Assembly (NCBI GenBank): GCA_002269645.1
Contig: NIVC01000624.1
Span: forward strand, 62,001 to 126,000
Origin: Macrostomum lignano
Lineage: Eukaryota
Reading direction: 5' to 3'
DNA: 64,000 nucleotides
In this document: piece after piece, positions 42,052-64,000 of the stretch
Numbering within the stretch: the first letter of the stretch is position 1
Layout of the letters: each line of letters begins with the position of its first letter
Notes under the pieces: generated by a model
Databases searched by the model: none
Told to the model about the DNA's origin: nothing
The model's input: only the letters and a program-made list of their open reading frames with translations
Made by a program: the position numbers and the translations under genes

Positions 42052-43034
42052 TCTTTCGAAGCTGTCCGTCTTACGGTTGTTTGAATTCAAGAAAAACTGA
42101 GTTGTTCAGAGGCGTCGCGTCTTTCTCGAGAGGATTCTTTTAAAAAGAAGCTGCAGTACGAAGGGAGGGCAGTTCGGGAGGGAGGGTGCGGGAAGCTTGC
42201 CGCTAGTCCAATGGCGGAGGCTGAGCTGGAGCCGCTGTACACCTTCTGCTCCACCTTCTGCCTCTCGGACTCGAACCCCGAGTTCCCCTCCGCTTTCGCT
42301 CTTCCCCTTTCCCATTCCCCCGCCGCCGCCACGCCTCGTTGCTAGGGGCATACAGATGAGGAATAGGAATAGAAAATGTAAAACTTGTTGGGGAAGAATA
42401 TTGTGAGAGAGTGTGTACTGTCTGGCCCTTTCTAACCTGCTGGGAGTGACCCAGCTGCCGTACATGCGGCAGTGAGCGAGGGACAGAGTAGTCGCGGAGT
42501 GCTGAGTACTGTGACTCCTGACTTCCTTGGCTCCGGCTTTCAAGAATCCCCCTCTCTCCCCCAGTTCCGCTCTCTTCCTCTTCCGTGTGTTGCTTCACAC
42601 TGCTTCTGACCTCTCCCTGGTTCTTTTCCCCAATGAGATATTAATACAGTCTCTTTTGCTCTTTTTAGCATTAAATCATACTCGCAGACAAAAAAACTTT
42701 TTCAACCGTTTAAACGTTTACAGCAAGGGTTTGTTAAAATTTTGTTCCGACTTTTTTGGGCGCGAATTTGAATGTTAGTAAACAATTTCGAAACATTAGT
42801 TACTGGATCTCGATAACTCGCCAACTTTTCAACTCGTAAAAAAGTTTTACTTTTTTATATACAATAAGCTACTGTCAGTAGGTTGGCTTTTATTCAGCAT
42901 TGTACTGTAAAAATTGGGAAGAAGACGGCGAGTGAGAAAGAAGTTAAAGAAGTTAACAAACCACAAAAGAGCCAGAAGTTGAGGGTAAGAAACTAAAAAA
43001 TTTGAATAGCAATAAAATCCTAAATAAGATAGAG

Positions 43035-43600
43035 TGAGATAGAGAATGAGATAGACAATGAGATAGAGAATGAGATAGACAATGAGATAGATAATGAGAG
43101 AGAATTTGATAGAGAATGAGATAGACAATGAGATAGATAATGAGAGAGAATGTGATAGAGAATGAGATAGACAATGAGATAGAGAATGAGATAGAGAATG
43201 AGATAGACAATGAGATAGACAATGAGATAGACAATGAGATAGAGAATGGGATAGACAATGAGATAGAGAATGAGATAGAGAATGAGATAGACAATGAGAT
43301 AGACAATGAGATAGAGAATGAGATAGAGAATGAGATAGAGAATGAGATAGAGAATGAGATAGAGAATGAGATAGACAATGAGATAGAGAATGAGATAGAC
43401 AATGAGATAGAGAATGAGATAGAGAATGGGATAGACAATGAGATAGAGAATGAGATAGAGAATGAGATAGACAATGAGATAGAGAATGAGATAGACAATG
43501 AGATAGAGAATGAGATAGACAATGAGATAGAGAATGAGATAGAGAATGAGTTAGACAATGAGATAGAGAATGAGATAGAGAATAATATAGACAATGAGAT
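43035..43600. repeat. 12 bp minisatellite GAGATAGAGAAT/GAGATAGACAAT
   Basis: Visible array; source of the ENEI pseudo-ORF. Confidence 0.94.
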
Positions 43601-44066
43601 CATGACCAGACATCATGTCTAATCGCAGTTAAAAATGGTCGCAGACAAAAGTCAATGAAGTCCTGTTTGACCACAAATATCTTCATTGCAGATCAACAGC
43701 GCGAGGAGTTGCAGTGCAACAGAAGAAAGTCACGTGGGGTGAGGGTGAACTATCACTGTTCGTGCAGAAAGTTTAGAGCGAAAGCAATAAAACCCAAGAC
43801 CTGTTCTAGCTGGTCCACCTTTGCCATATTTGAAAAACAAGAAGGCTTGTGAATTGCAGGCTGGCAATGCTATCTGCAGAGCGACTGTTTATCTGCCAGA
43901 TTTCTACACACGCAGTCAAACTGAAACACAGCTCGCAGGAAATCTGGTGGACGCAGATGAACCCCCGCCAGCAAGAGCTGCAAGACCAGGGGTTGAGATG
44001 ATAAGATAAAAGAGGCAAGTCACAAGACTGCCAATCTGAAATTCAGGTGGGGACAACATAGCCGCC

Positions 44067-44074
44067 TATAAATA
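44067..44074 (+). promoter_or_regulatory. TATA box TATAAATA of the pacifastin-like gene
   Basis: Consensus TATA ~110 bp upstream of ATG 44183. Confidence 0.6.
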
Positions 44075-44182
44075 CAATAGCAAAAGCAGCAAGGCAAGTC
44101 TTTCCAATAACACCGGCAGGAGAGAGAGAGAGAGAGAGTTTCAAACAGAAATCGACTTCAATTTAACAAGACAGACAAGCAA

Positions 44183-44869
44183 ATGCGCCTGGTACTACTG
44201 CTGGCGTTGGTCCTGGCGGTGTCTTCGGCCGCCTACGGCCGCAGATTCGGGCGCCGGGGCGGCGGTCGCGGCCGGAACAAGCCGGAGGTCACGTGCTCGG
44301 ACCTGAAGGCGCAGAGCATCTGCAACGGAGACGCTTCTCTTGTCGGCTTCAAGGTGTCGGACGGCTGCAACCTGTGCACCTGCGGCTCCAACGCCGGCCA
44401 GGCCACGTGCACCATCAAGTCCTGCCCGCGCCAGACGGAGATCCTGGAGCCCCGGCTGAAACGCAGGGCCGACCGCTTCTGCCAGAAGCTGGCCCGCCGG
44501 GTCGAGAAGAAGAAGCTCCGCTACAAGCGCCGCATGGAGAGGCGAGCCGCCGTTGCCGCCGCTGCCGGTGGCTCTGCTGAACCCGAGCGCTGGCCAATCA
44601 AGTGCTTCAAGGAGCGCAAGCTGTGCCGCCAGCAGCCGGGAGTGAAGTTCTTCGACGGCTGCAACCAGTGTCAGTGCCCGGACACGCCGGCCACGGCTGC
44701 CCAGTGCGAGACCAGCAACACCTGCCCGGAGTTCGTCGGCAGCAAGCGCGAGTTCAAGCGGCACTGCCGCAGTCTGGGCGCCAATATCGAGGGCGGCAGG
44801 CGCGGCAACAGGCGGCGCGGCCGCAGGCAGCGCGGCTCTCTGATGCAGTGGCTGGCCCAGCGGTTTTGA
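44183..44869 (+). CDS. Intronless secreted, highly basic Cys-rich protein (228 aa) with two pacifastin-like C-N-x-C-x-C modules
   Basis: Signal MRLVLLLALVLAVSSAAYG; modules DGCNLCTCGSNAGQATCTIKSC and DGCNQCQCPDTPATAAQCETSNTC; strong GC3 bias; TATA upstream and AATAAA 44952-44957 downstream. Confidence 0.8.
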   Translation: MRLVLLLALVLAVSSAAYGRRFGRRGGGRGRNKPEVTCSDLKAQSICNGDASLVGFKVSDGCNLCTCGSNAGQATCTIKSCPRQTEILEPRLKRRADRFCQKLARRVEKKKLRYKRRMERRAAVAAAAGGSAEPERWPIKCFKERKLCRQQPGVKFFDGCNQCQCPDTPATAAQCETSNTCPEFVGSKREFKRHCRSLGANIEGGRRGNRRRGRRQRGSLMQWLAQRF

Positions 44870-45204
44870 GCGGCTGCCAATTTGAATTAACTCGCATAGC
44901 AACTGTGGCCTCGGCTTTACTTTGGGCTGCTTCTGTTGCTTGTAAATGAGTAATAAAATTAAACTGCATACCGAATGACCGCTCAATCAAACACGCGGGT
45001 CTCGCCGTAGAGTATCACTCAGTGTCAAATAAATCCGACTGCTACTACTTATGCATGCCTTTGCCAAGTCAGTAGTGTGTTTCGAGCAGTTGTCCTACTT
45101 TTAAGAAGTGTTAATTTTCACATAATATACGAGCTACAGTAATACATACCTAGGAAGGAGGCATGTCCCAATTTTGAGCTGGGCATGTACGAGCTATGAC
45201 ATCA

Positions 45205-45800
45205 GAACTCCTTCAGCTGGCGCCCCCAATCCTTCAGCTGGCGCCCCCAATCCTTCAGCTGGCGCCCCGTTCCCCAATCCTTCAGCTGGCGCCCCCAATC
45301 CTTCAGCTGGCGCCCCCCAATCCTTCAGCTGGCGCCCCCAATCCTTCAGCTGGCGCCCCCAATCCTTCAACTGGCGCCCCGTCCCCCCAATCCTTCAGCT
45401 GGCGCCCCCTCCCCCAATCCTTCAGCTGGCGCCCCGTCCCCCAATCCTTCAGCTAGCGCCCCCTACCCCAATCCTTCAGCTAGCGCCCCGTCCCCCAATC
45501 CTTCAGCTGGCGACCCCTTCCCCCAATCCTTCAGCTGGCGCACCGTCCCCCAATCCTTCAGCTGGCGCCCCGTCCCCCAATCCTTCAGCTGGCGCCCTCA
45601 ATCCTTCAGCTGGCGCCCCGTCCCCCAATCCTTCAGCTGGCGACCCCTTCCCCCAATCCTTCAGCTGGCGCCCCGTCCCCCAATCCTTCAGCTGGCGCCC
45701 CGTCCCCCAATCCTTCAGCTGGCGCCCCCCCAATCCTTCAGTTGGCGCCCCCCAATCCTTCAGCTGGCGCCCCCCAATCCTTCAGCTGGCGCCCCCAATC
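45205..45800. repeat. C-rich 21-27 bp minisatellite CCCCCAATCCTTCAGCTGGCGC
   Basis: Visible array. Confidence 0.93.
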
Positions 45801-46261
45801 GACCAGTTACAAAAGAAGCGGACACGAAACAGGTCGCAGGTTTGTGAGCGATGCTACATTTTGGATTGCCAAGAAGGAATGGAATTTATCAAGAGATTTA
45901 TTAACGATATTTCATTCGTTGACACACAGCGGTCAGAAATAGGTTCAGGTCGCATTGATAAAAATAATTTTTATGTTAAAATCAGCCCATTAAAAGGTTC
46001 CTCGATCAGCTGTCAGTTAAAAATACATTCAGAGCCATGTTTATCCGTAAAAGCCAGAGATTTCAAATATCATAGAGTTTAGCAGCTAGTCGGCCTCTAG
46101 GTAAGAGTTGAACAAACAAACACAAGAATAAGCTTCAACTTCGGACGGCTTGTGAGGGGGAGCAGTTGGCAATTATATAATTGGCGTTCAGGGCTTGGAA
46201 ATCTCTCAATAAAATATTATAAATAGATATCTCTCAAGGTCAGTCAGTCGGCCCCGGCAGC

Positions 46262-56243
<9,982 letters not shown>

Positions 56244-56329
56244 GCGGATTCTGTCTGGTCTGGGGAGCGGATTCTTTGGATAAGGAGATTCGTTAGGAAA
56301 GCTGTGCTCTCGACAGTGGTGGGTTACGA

Positions 56330-57150
56330 AGAGGGCGATTCTTGGAAACGGCGACTACAGGAGGGAGATTCTTGGAAACGGTGACTCCAGGAGGGCGATT
56401 CTTGGAAACGGCGACTACAGGAGGGAGATTCTTGGAAACGGTGACTCCAGGAGGGCGATTCTTGGAAACGGCGACTACAGGAGGGCGATTCTTGAAACGG
56501 TGACTACATAAGGGCGATTTTTGGGATCGGTGACTACAGGAGGGCGTTTTTTGGGATCGGTGACTACAGGAGGGCGATTCTTGGAAACGGTGACTACATA
56601 AGGGCGATTCTTGGGAACGGCGACTACAAGAGGGCGATTTTTGGGATCGGTGACTACAGGAGGGCGATTTTTTGGATCGGTGTCTACATAAGGGCGATTT
56701 TTGGGATCGGTGACTACATAAGGGCGATTTTTAGGATCGTTGTCTACATAAGGGCGATTTTTGGGATCAGTGACTACAGGAGGGCAATTCTTGGGAACGG
56801 CGACTACAGGAGGGCGATTCTTGCAAACGGAGACAACAGGAGGGCGATTTTTGGGATCGGTGACTACAGGAGGGCGATTCTTGGAAACGGTGACTACATA
56901 AGGGCGATTCTTGGAACGGCGACTACAAGAGGGCGATTTTTGGGATCGGTGACTACAGGAGGGCGATTCTTGGAAACGGCGATTACAGGAGGGCGATTCT
57001 TGGGATCGGTGTCTACATAAGGGCGATTCTTGGGATCGGTGACTACAAGAGGGCGATTCTTGGGATCGGTGACTACAAGAGGGCGATTCTTGGAAACGGC
57101 GACTACAGGAGGGCGATTCTTGAAAACGGCGACTACAGGAGGGCGATTCT
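56330..57150. repeat. 30 bp minisatellite GGGCGATTCTTGGGATCGGTGACTACAGGA in the putative PKD2 5'UTR intron (56260-57219)
   Basis: Period 30; flanked by minus-strand donor AAG|GTAAGC (57220/57219) and acceptor CTCCCCAG (56260). Confidence 0.9.
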
Positions 57151-57587
57151 CGAAAATGCAAAGGTGATTCTTACTGAATGACTTCATTAGCAACAAGAAT
57201 TCAAACTAGATCTGCTTACCTTGGTAAAAAGCGTTAGAGCTCTCTTTAAACAGGCTGGCACTATGCAATCGATTGAGCAGGTCTCACGCCCCTAATCCAG
57301 CGCAAGCTCTCCCAACCAACTAACCCACGGCTCTTTAAAGGCTGGAATGAATGCAAAACTGAAGCGACTGCAGCAGGGCAGGGAGGGCGGGGGTTGCGAA
57401 TGGAGATGAGGAGGAACAGAATGGCAGCTCCGGCGACCGACCTCGCTCTCACTGTGGACAAATGGGAGAATATGCTCAAGCCCCCATAGCCTGCCATCCC
57501 CAAGTTCTATAGACCCGGAGGCCGGGTGTGGGACGAGTTTTTGAGCGGCTAGAAAACAGAAAGGCTGCATCGTGGGGTCCCGCATTG

Positions 57588-57602
57588 GTTGCCAATGGTA
57601 AC
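57588..57602. promoter_or_regulatory. Candidate RFX X-box GTTGCC-AAT-GGTAAC upstream of PKD2
   Basis: Fits the GTNRCC-N(0-3)-RGYAAC consensus; ~370 bp from the putative PKD2 5'UTR donor. Confidence 0.45.
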
Positions 57603-60414
57603 GGAGAAACAAACAGCAAGAGCGGGGAAGCAGCCTAGGAAACTGTGAGTTGGGACTGTTGAACGGGGAGAGCCAGAGAGGGAAGATGGCATGCAGGACG
57701 GGACAGGCCGCTTAAACAATGGGGTGGCAGCAGAGGCGAGGTGCTGCTGCTGCAGCAGCGGATGATGGGGAAGGGAGAAAAATCGATTTTTCTGGTTGGA
57801 GACAGAGAGAGACAGAATAGTCACAGAGGGAAGGATGGAGCGAGGGCCCCAGCAACGCAAGGCAGACAAGGCAGACCTCCCTTCCCACATATTCTCATAG
57901 TTTTTTCTCTGTCTCTCCGTGAGCTTCAGAGTCTTTTCAGGAATAATATTGGGCTGGTAGGCAAGACAACAGAGCTGCTATTCCGCCCCTAAGCCCAGCG
58001 CCTGCCTGCGGGTGCAGGACAGGCAGACATGGTAGGCAGGGCAAGAGCAGAAGAGAAAAATGAATAGAGAGATACAGTCTACAGAGGAAAATGCAGGGGG
58101 AGATTCGTGGGATTCGCTAAGCTCTGCATTTCAGGAGCTATTAGATTTTGGATTAGGACAAGGAGAAGGCTAAATAGTTATATTTTATTACAGTAGACAT
58201 CAATACAAATTGCAATACAAACCAGGTATAATAATAAAAGTATATTCTTTATATCAGCTAAAAAATGTGACATTGCTTTAAATTGCATGTCTTTAATACA
58301 TCTGTGATACCACTAAAATATGGATTTATTACTATTTGTAAGTAGTTAATAAAATTAAAACAAAATTAAAATGGTCCAAAGCTTTCAAACTTTCTGCAAG
58401 CAATAGAAGCAAAATGCAGTTTTCTTAATAAGCATACAAATTATCTTTTAAAGTTTCAAATGAGGCCAGTAAAGTACAAATATAAAAATATGCTTTTTGC
58501 TACTTAAAGTAGCATAAAAAGATTTTAAATGTTCAGTGTTATTGTATATATAAAAGACATAGGTATATAGATATAGACTATACTGTGATGTGGTATCCAA
58601 AAAAAGTTTTATTACATGAACTTGATTTTAGCTCATTACTCATTTTATCCAATTTATCAATCTAAAGAAATAGATTTTGTAGACTTTTTTGTCAAGTACT
58701 ATAAAACAAAACTTACATTTTTTGTGTATAACTAGTCTAATCTCAAAACATTTCTTTGAATATTTAGATAAAGATTTGCTTTCCCTTCTCCCTTTCTATT
58801 TTCTTCCTTTAGCCTCTTCTTCTCTCTATATCTCTTCTTGTTTATTCCTAATCCTTTTTCTATCATAGATAGTCTTTTTAATTGTCCTAAATCATCATGC
58901 TTCTAGTATTAAATTTGGATTAATAATTAGAAGTTGGCATAGCCTAATACTTTTCATAGTATTTCTATTGGCATATCATAAGAGCTATAAGAAGTCATAA
59001 GAAGCTTAGTATATATTGGCATAAGTTTTTGATCAGTTATTCTTTGTTCTAGCCTATTTTGCACAATATCCGCTAGGCCTTAAGTTATATCATAGTATTA
59101 AAATAAGATCATTTCATAAGTTTTTTTATTTAAGCCAAGTTAAATAGTTTTAATAAATATAATTTAAACATGTTAATATGATGCTACTTACTAAATTAAC
59201 TAATCACCTACAAGATAATTTAAACAATGATTCTATGTATGATAAGACATTTTATCAAAAAAATTATGCTTTATAAAATTAATCTTTTTTGTTAAATTTT
59301 GTAGGTGTGCTTAGATCCAAAATATATTTTAAACAAGAATAGTTGCAAAAACGTAAATAAACAAATGTTAATAATATGAATGCTTTTTTATTACAAAACT
59401 GCCACTCAATAGGACTAATGTGGTAAAATTGCCGTAGATAGGCCTAGGCCTTTCTATAAAAAGGGAAATTTTAGACAATCAACTAAAATTTAAATGAAGG
59501 TATTATTGACATAAAATGCCATAGGTCTATTAAATGTGCTATACTAAGAACAACCTAGGCCCTAGCCTTGGTACTTGGACTAGTTCTTGTGCCTCTAACC
59601 TTCACTGCAGCCTCTAGCTAGTATGGAGGCCCCTAGTAAAATTGCCAATTAGCCTAGTCTGCTTAGTATATCAAGTATTCATTGTCATTTATGAACTATA
59701 CAGCCCCTCTTCTATTCATCATTTATTCAATAATAGTTTTAAAAATCTCTTTTTGGCAGATTTTCCATACTGAATTCAATAAAATGTCTTTCTTTTTTAC
59801 AAATAGTCTTTCAACAAATCAACTTTTCGATGGATTGTCTTGTCTGGTTTCCTTTCAGGACATATGCATGGCTACATATAGTACAAATTCATGTAAAAAT
59901 AGGGAAAACCAAAATTGAAGCAGGTTGCATAGGCCTATTAACAGTTAGGTAAAGTAACATAACTGCATTTCTGCAGTAGGACCGACCGAAACTGTAGCTA
60001 GCACTTAGCACTTAGCAGCAGTAGCAAATAAAAAAGCGATTCTAGAAACCAAACCATACACGCAGGAAACAGTAAATAAAACTATGAATGCGTTTGTTGT
60101 TAACATCGGACTTCATAAAACTTCTGTACACTTTAATAGTCTTCGATAGCGACAGGGCAACATGATCAAAACAGTATCTATCTAGTCATTGATCAATATT
60201 CAGATTTCTTTTTTAGAAACCGCGGCATGGCAGCACTTTAAATTTCTGCAAGTTCATGGATACGATTTATAACAAACTCTGGTAACTTTTATTTCCAAGA
60301 GAACTCGACTACTTATAGATAATTCAGTGGTGAGGAGTGACATTACTACTAATGAAGAATTTTTTGAGTGAAAAATTCTTAGACCGCATAAAAGCACATC
60401 AGGCATACATCCAT

Positions 60415-60674
60415 GGGTCTTTTCATATTACCAATTCCAGAACCAGAATCGGTTCGGAATTCCAAGAAAAACAGCAGTATAACTATTAAACTCTGTTAAT
60501 ATTTGACTGCCTTAACAACCTAACTTAGCACAATTTTTCACTTTCTTATTGGCGATTGTCATTCAATAATAAAAACTTTATAGCACGTATCTCCCTCTAG
60601 TTATGGAGACAAAAAGTTATACTTCACAAATTGGTTCTGGTTCTGGAACCAGAGCAAGCAATATGAAAAGGCCC
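60415..60674. mobile_element. 260 bp MITE-like element
   Basis: Terminal inverted repeats GGGTCTTTTCATATT (60415-60429) / AATATGAAAAGGCCC (60660-60674), 14/15 match; perfect 14 bp subterminal inverted repeats TTCCAGAACCAGAA (60435-60448 / 60635-60648); no clear TSD. Confidence 0.55.
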
Positions 60675-61386
60675 CTTAGTGCACTTCATTCTTCAAGGAA
60701 TTCGAAATTCCCTACCCCTACCCAATAAAGACCAATGCAACAAATCATTAACAAGTATTCACTTCGAAAATGTAATTAACAGAATAAGAAACACAATACG
60801 ACATCTTTATCCATCTATGTAATGTAAAAAGTACACAGTATCTGATTGACATCGACGACGTCGAATTGCTGTACGGGTTCAACTCCTTTGTGTACATCTT
60901 AGTTTTACTGGGAGGTGTTCATGGTCACTGCGATGGATAGTGCAGATAGGCAGAAAACAATAATTATTGAGACTGTTGCCCTTGTGATTTTTTGCTTTCC
61001 TATCGCCTGCCTAACACTCAGCACTGCAAGGGGTATTCCACTCGTATGGGAGCTATAGAAGTGCATAACTTCATTCATTTAGTCGAGCTATCACACACGG
61101 ACGATCTATCCAATCCTGCTGAGGCGAGTTAATCTCAATTCGACGAACTAAGAAGGGACCATCAGATTTTCTCCAACTCGGTCGAATGGTTCCGTTTTTG
61201 GTACAGTTAGCCGGGCTTCCGCAAAATGGAAAGAGATGAGGCGGACAGAGTCTGGCGGGGAGTCGCGAATTGCCCTTTATATCGAGCGGAATCAGATTTG
61301 CCTCGCCGCTGCCTAGGAAAGCGTTGGCAGCAACAGGAAAAACTGCGGCCCAATAATTTTCTAGATTGATTCCCCATTTATCCTTC

Positions 61387-61426
<40 letters not shown>

Positions 61427-62564
61427 TCTGCGCCTTTCTGTCTCCCCAAAACTTTCTCATCTCATTTTCGAATTGCATGGAAAGCGAGCTTGGAGACTGC
61501 AGTTGCTGGGCGGGTGGCTTGGGAGTTGTCGGATAATGCAAAAGAGGCAAGCAGAGACAGGCACCAGAGTAGAACTCGCTCTCTTCAAAGGAGTTTGCTG
61601 ATGAAAATGAGTCCAACTTTCTTTCAATGCACCCAAAAAGACTGTGTGTCTTTTCAAGGTCGGTAAGGGCCATGAGTATCGGCCAGTATTGTCTTAACTT
61701 TTTATCTAAAGGTTTTGGACTGATTACCTTGAGTGTCACATGCATGTAATTAGGCGCACAGGGGTGTGCTGAATACACTAGCGCTTATGGGAAAAATCCG
61801 ACCTTCTGGCAGAATCGTCGAATATCTCGACGGTCCGGAGGGTTGGCGACTTGACTCTTGTTTGAGAAGGTGCGCAACAAAAAGTTAGCCCATCATGTTC
61901 TTGAATTTCGTGTGTCTGCGTTGCGCAGCAAAAAAATTGTCAGGGCCGGGTTCCCCATGGGCGGAAAAATGGCTTGATCTGTATCCTACTGTTAAAACTA
62001 TGTAAACTATGCTCATAAATCACAGCAATTGTCAGTTTGCAGCGTCGCCAGCAAACAGCAGTTTCTCTGTGTCTATGGTAAAACCAGACTTTCTACCCGT
62101 AAGGTTCGTATCAGTACTTGTCTCAGTCAGCTGAGTCACCAAAGCAGCTGACTACCCAAAGAACAATGTCACTGGACAGCTGGACAGATGATTTATACCA
62201 AACTGTCAGCCATTTTGGAGTTGAAGTCAAGAATAAATTCAGACCTATAGGAGATTATAGGACTAAATGCAGTTCCACTGCCTGTTCTAGCTACAATACA
62301 AACTAAAACTACGTTACCCGAACTTGTTGAAAAAAAAAATATTTTCTTGGTGAATTATATTTTATAATTCTAATTTATAGAATTATATTTTCATGTTGAA
62401 AGACTGTAAAAAGCATGAAAAAAGTTTGTATTATTTATGAACTTTCAGGTAGGTGGCGTAGAATTTGTGCAAGTTGTAAGAGTAATTTAAAGCGCCAGCG
62501 AACACCTGGACCTTAGTACAGCTGTGCTATGGAACACCATGAAACACACAGTGAAGCCAAGTAA

Positions 62565-63215
62565 CACCCATGGTGCCAAGAAACACCCATGGCGCCAAGA
62601 AACACCCATGGCGCCAAGAAACACCCATGGCGCCAAGAAACACCCATGGCGCCAAGAAACACCCATGGCGCCAAAAATATCCATGGCTTCAAGAAATAGC
62701 CATGGTGTCAAGAAATACCCATGGCGCCAAGCAACACCCATGGCGCCAAGAAATAGCCATGGTGTCAAGAAACACCCATGGTGCCAAGAAACACCCATGG
62801 CGCCAAGAAACACCCATGGCGCCAAGAAATAGCCATGGCGCCAAGAAACACCCATGGTGCCACGAAATAGCCATGGCGCCAAGAAACACCCATGGTGCCA
62901 AGAAATAGCCATGGTGCCAAGAAACACCCATGGCGCCAAGAAACACCCATGGCGCCAAGAAACACCCATGGCGCCAAGAAACACCCATGGCGCCAAGAAA
63001 CACCCATGGCGCCAAGAAACACCCATGGCGCCAAGAAACACCCATGGCGCCAAGAAACACCCATGGCGCCAAGAAACACCCATGGCGCCAAGAAACACCC
63101 ATGGCGCCAAGAAATAGCCATGGCGCCAAGAAACACCCATGGTGCCAAGAAATAGCCATGGCGCCAAGAAACACCCATGGTGCCAAGAAATAGCCATGGC
63201 GCCAAGGAATTCCCA
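62565..63215. repeat. 19 bp satellite CCATGGCGCCAAGAAACAC, related to the 17 bp array at 38872-40600
   Basis: Visible; shared CCATGG..CCAAGAA core. Confidence 0.95.
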
Positions 63216-64000
63216 GGGCGCCAAGATGGAATGCCGACAGTGCCAAATACCAAAAGCTCAAGTCAGAAACTCAATACAAACGTAACACAGTAGCTTGATG
63301 GGTAGCCAGTAAGTTTGCGAAGAATTCCAGTAAAGCGTATCTCTAGAAGCTCCTAATAATAATAATTACTCTTCTCGGTTAATGAAATAGAACAGCTTAT
63401 TCCACTGACAGATGGATGGCGCAACAACCAGCACAGTTGCTATGCAGGCCGAGTCCCACCGATCCGGCCAACACATGCCCGGGCTTGGCGATGAAAAAGT
63501 CACAAAAAATGAATGATGAGGGCAGCGAATTGAACAATGGATTGGGGTTTAGCCTGTCTTCGTGATCTAGAAACCTGGCTAGCTACTGGTGTGTGTTATT
63601 TCTCGCCTTGGCAACCGAGTTCAGCATTCGAATAGGATGGAAAGAGTTACGGAAGGTACTGCATTTTTAGCAGCGGCGGCTTCAAAGCGAAGGAGACGCT
63701 TGTCGCAGTTTATCCGCTCACGCTCCATCACTTTCTGGCCCGGCCCAACAACCGAAGTTCAGGCAGTAAGTCTAGTCAGGTTCCAAAGTGTCAGAAACAC
63801 ACAGCGCAAAAACTCAGCACAATTGCACTATAGTTGGGGACACTTTGCACTAGTTATGTTTTTAATCGCACTGGTTAGTATTTCCTAGCACCCGCGCGCA
63901 GACAATTAGGTTAAAATGCTTATAAGCAATATATTCGTATTGGCTATATATTATGGCGTTAGCAATAGCTCCTGGGCGGGACCGCTGGCTTGTCACCGCT

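Noticed and set aside
57240-58150. GC- and purine-rich stretch (and 42086-42650) that looks vertebrate-promoter-like, suggesting contamination or an insertion
   Set aside because: Both lie directly upstream of native genes (PKD2, quiver-like) with compatible splice signals; a promoter/5'UTR explanation suffices, and foreign origin cannot be supported without BLAST.
61386-62306. ORFs 61386-61778 (-) and 62118-62306 (+)
   Set aside because: No recognisable motifs, AT-rich codon use unlike the real genes, and one runs into a (GA)n repeat.
63671-63765. Possible 95 bp plus-strand exon (TTTTTAG...GTAAGT) of a gene extending beyond the window
   Set aside because: Good splice signals, but all three frames are open with no recognisable product; cannot be supported.

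Overview
Eukaryotic (invertebrate animal) genomic window. GC3-rich spliced genes with minisatellite-filled introns resemble a Macrostomum-like flatworm, but that assignment is inference only. Genes, left to right: terminal exon of CWF19L1 (+); three tandem intronless NPY/NPF-family neuropeptide precursor genes (+; 7440-7853, 11487-11798, 15433-15858) plus a relic fourth copy; a 7-coding-exon ROR receptor tyrosine (pseudo)kinase (-); two convergent GPI-anchored Ly6/three-finger genes; an intronless secreted cationic pacifastin-like Cys-rich protein (+); and an 8-coding-exon polycystin-2/PKD2 channel (-). Roughly half of the window is tandem repeats, which explain nearly all long low-complexity ORFs in the ORF track. 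The most striking observation is the NPF cluster. Each precursor carries 2-3 full-length NPY/F-type peptides (8 in total, 7 distinct) in A-B-C, A-B and A-C-C module arrangements and lacks the family's usual intron. Two of the genes are followed by a conserved non-coding block with an RFX X-box, a GATA site and an octamer motif.
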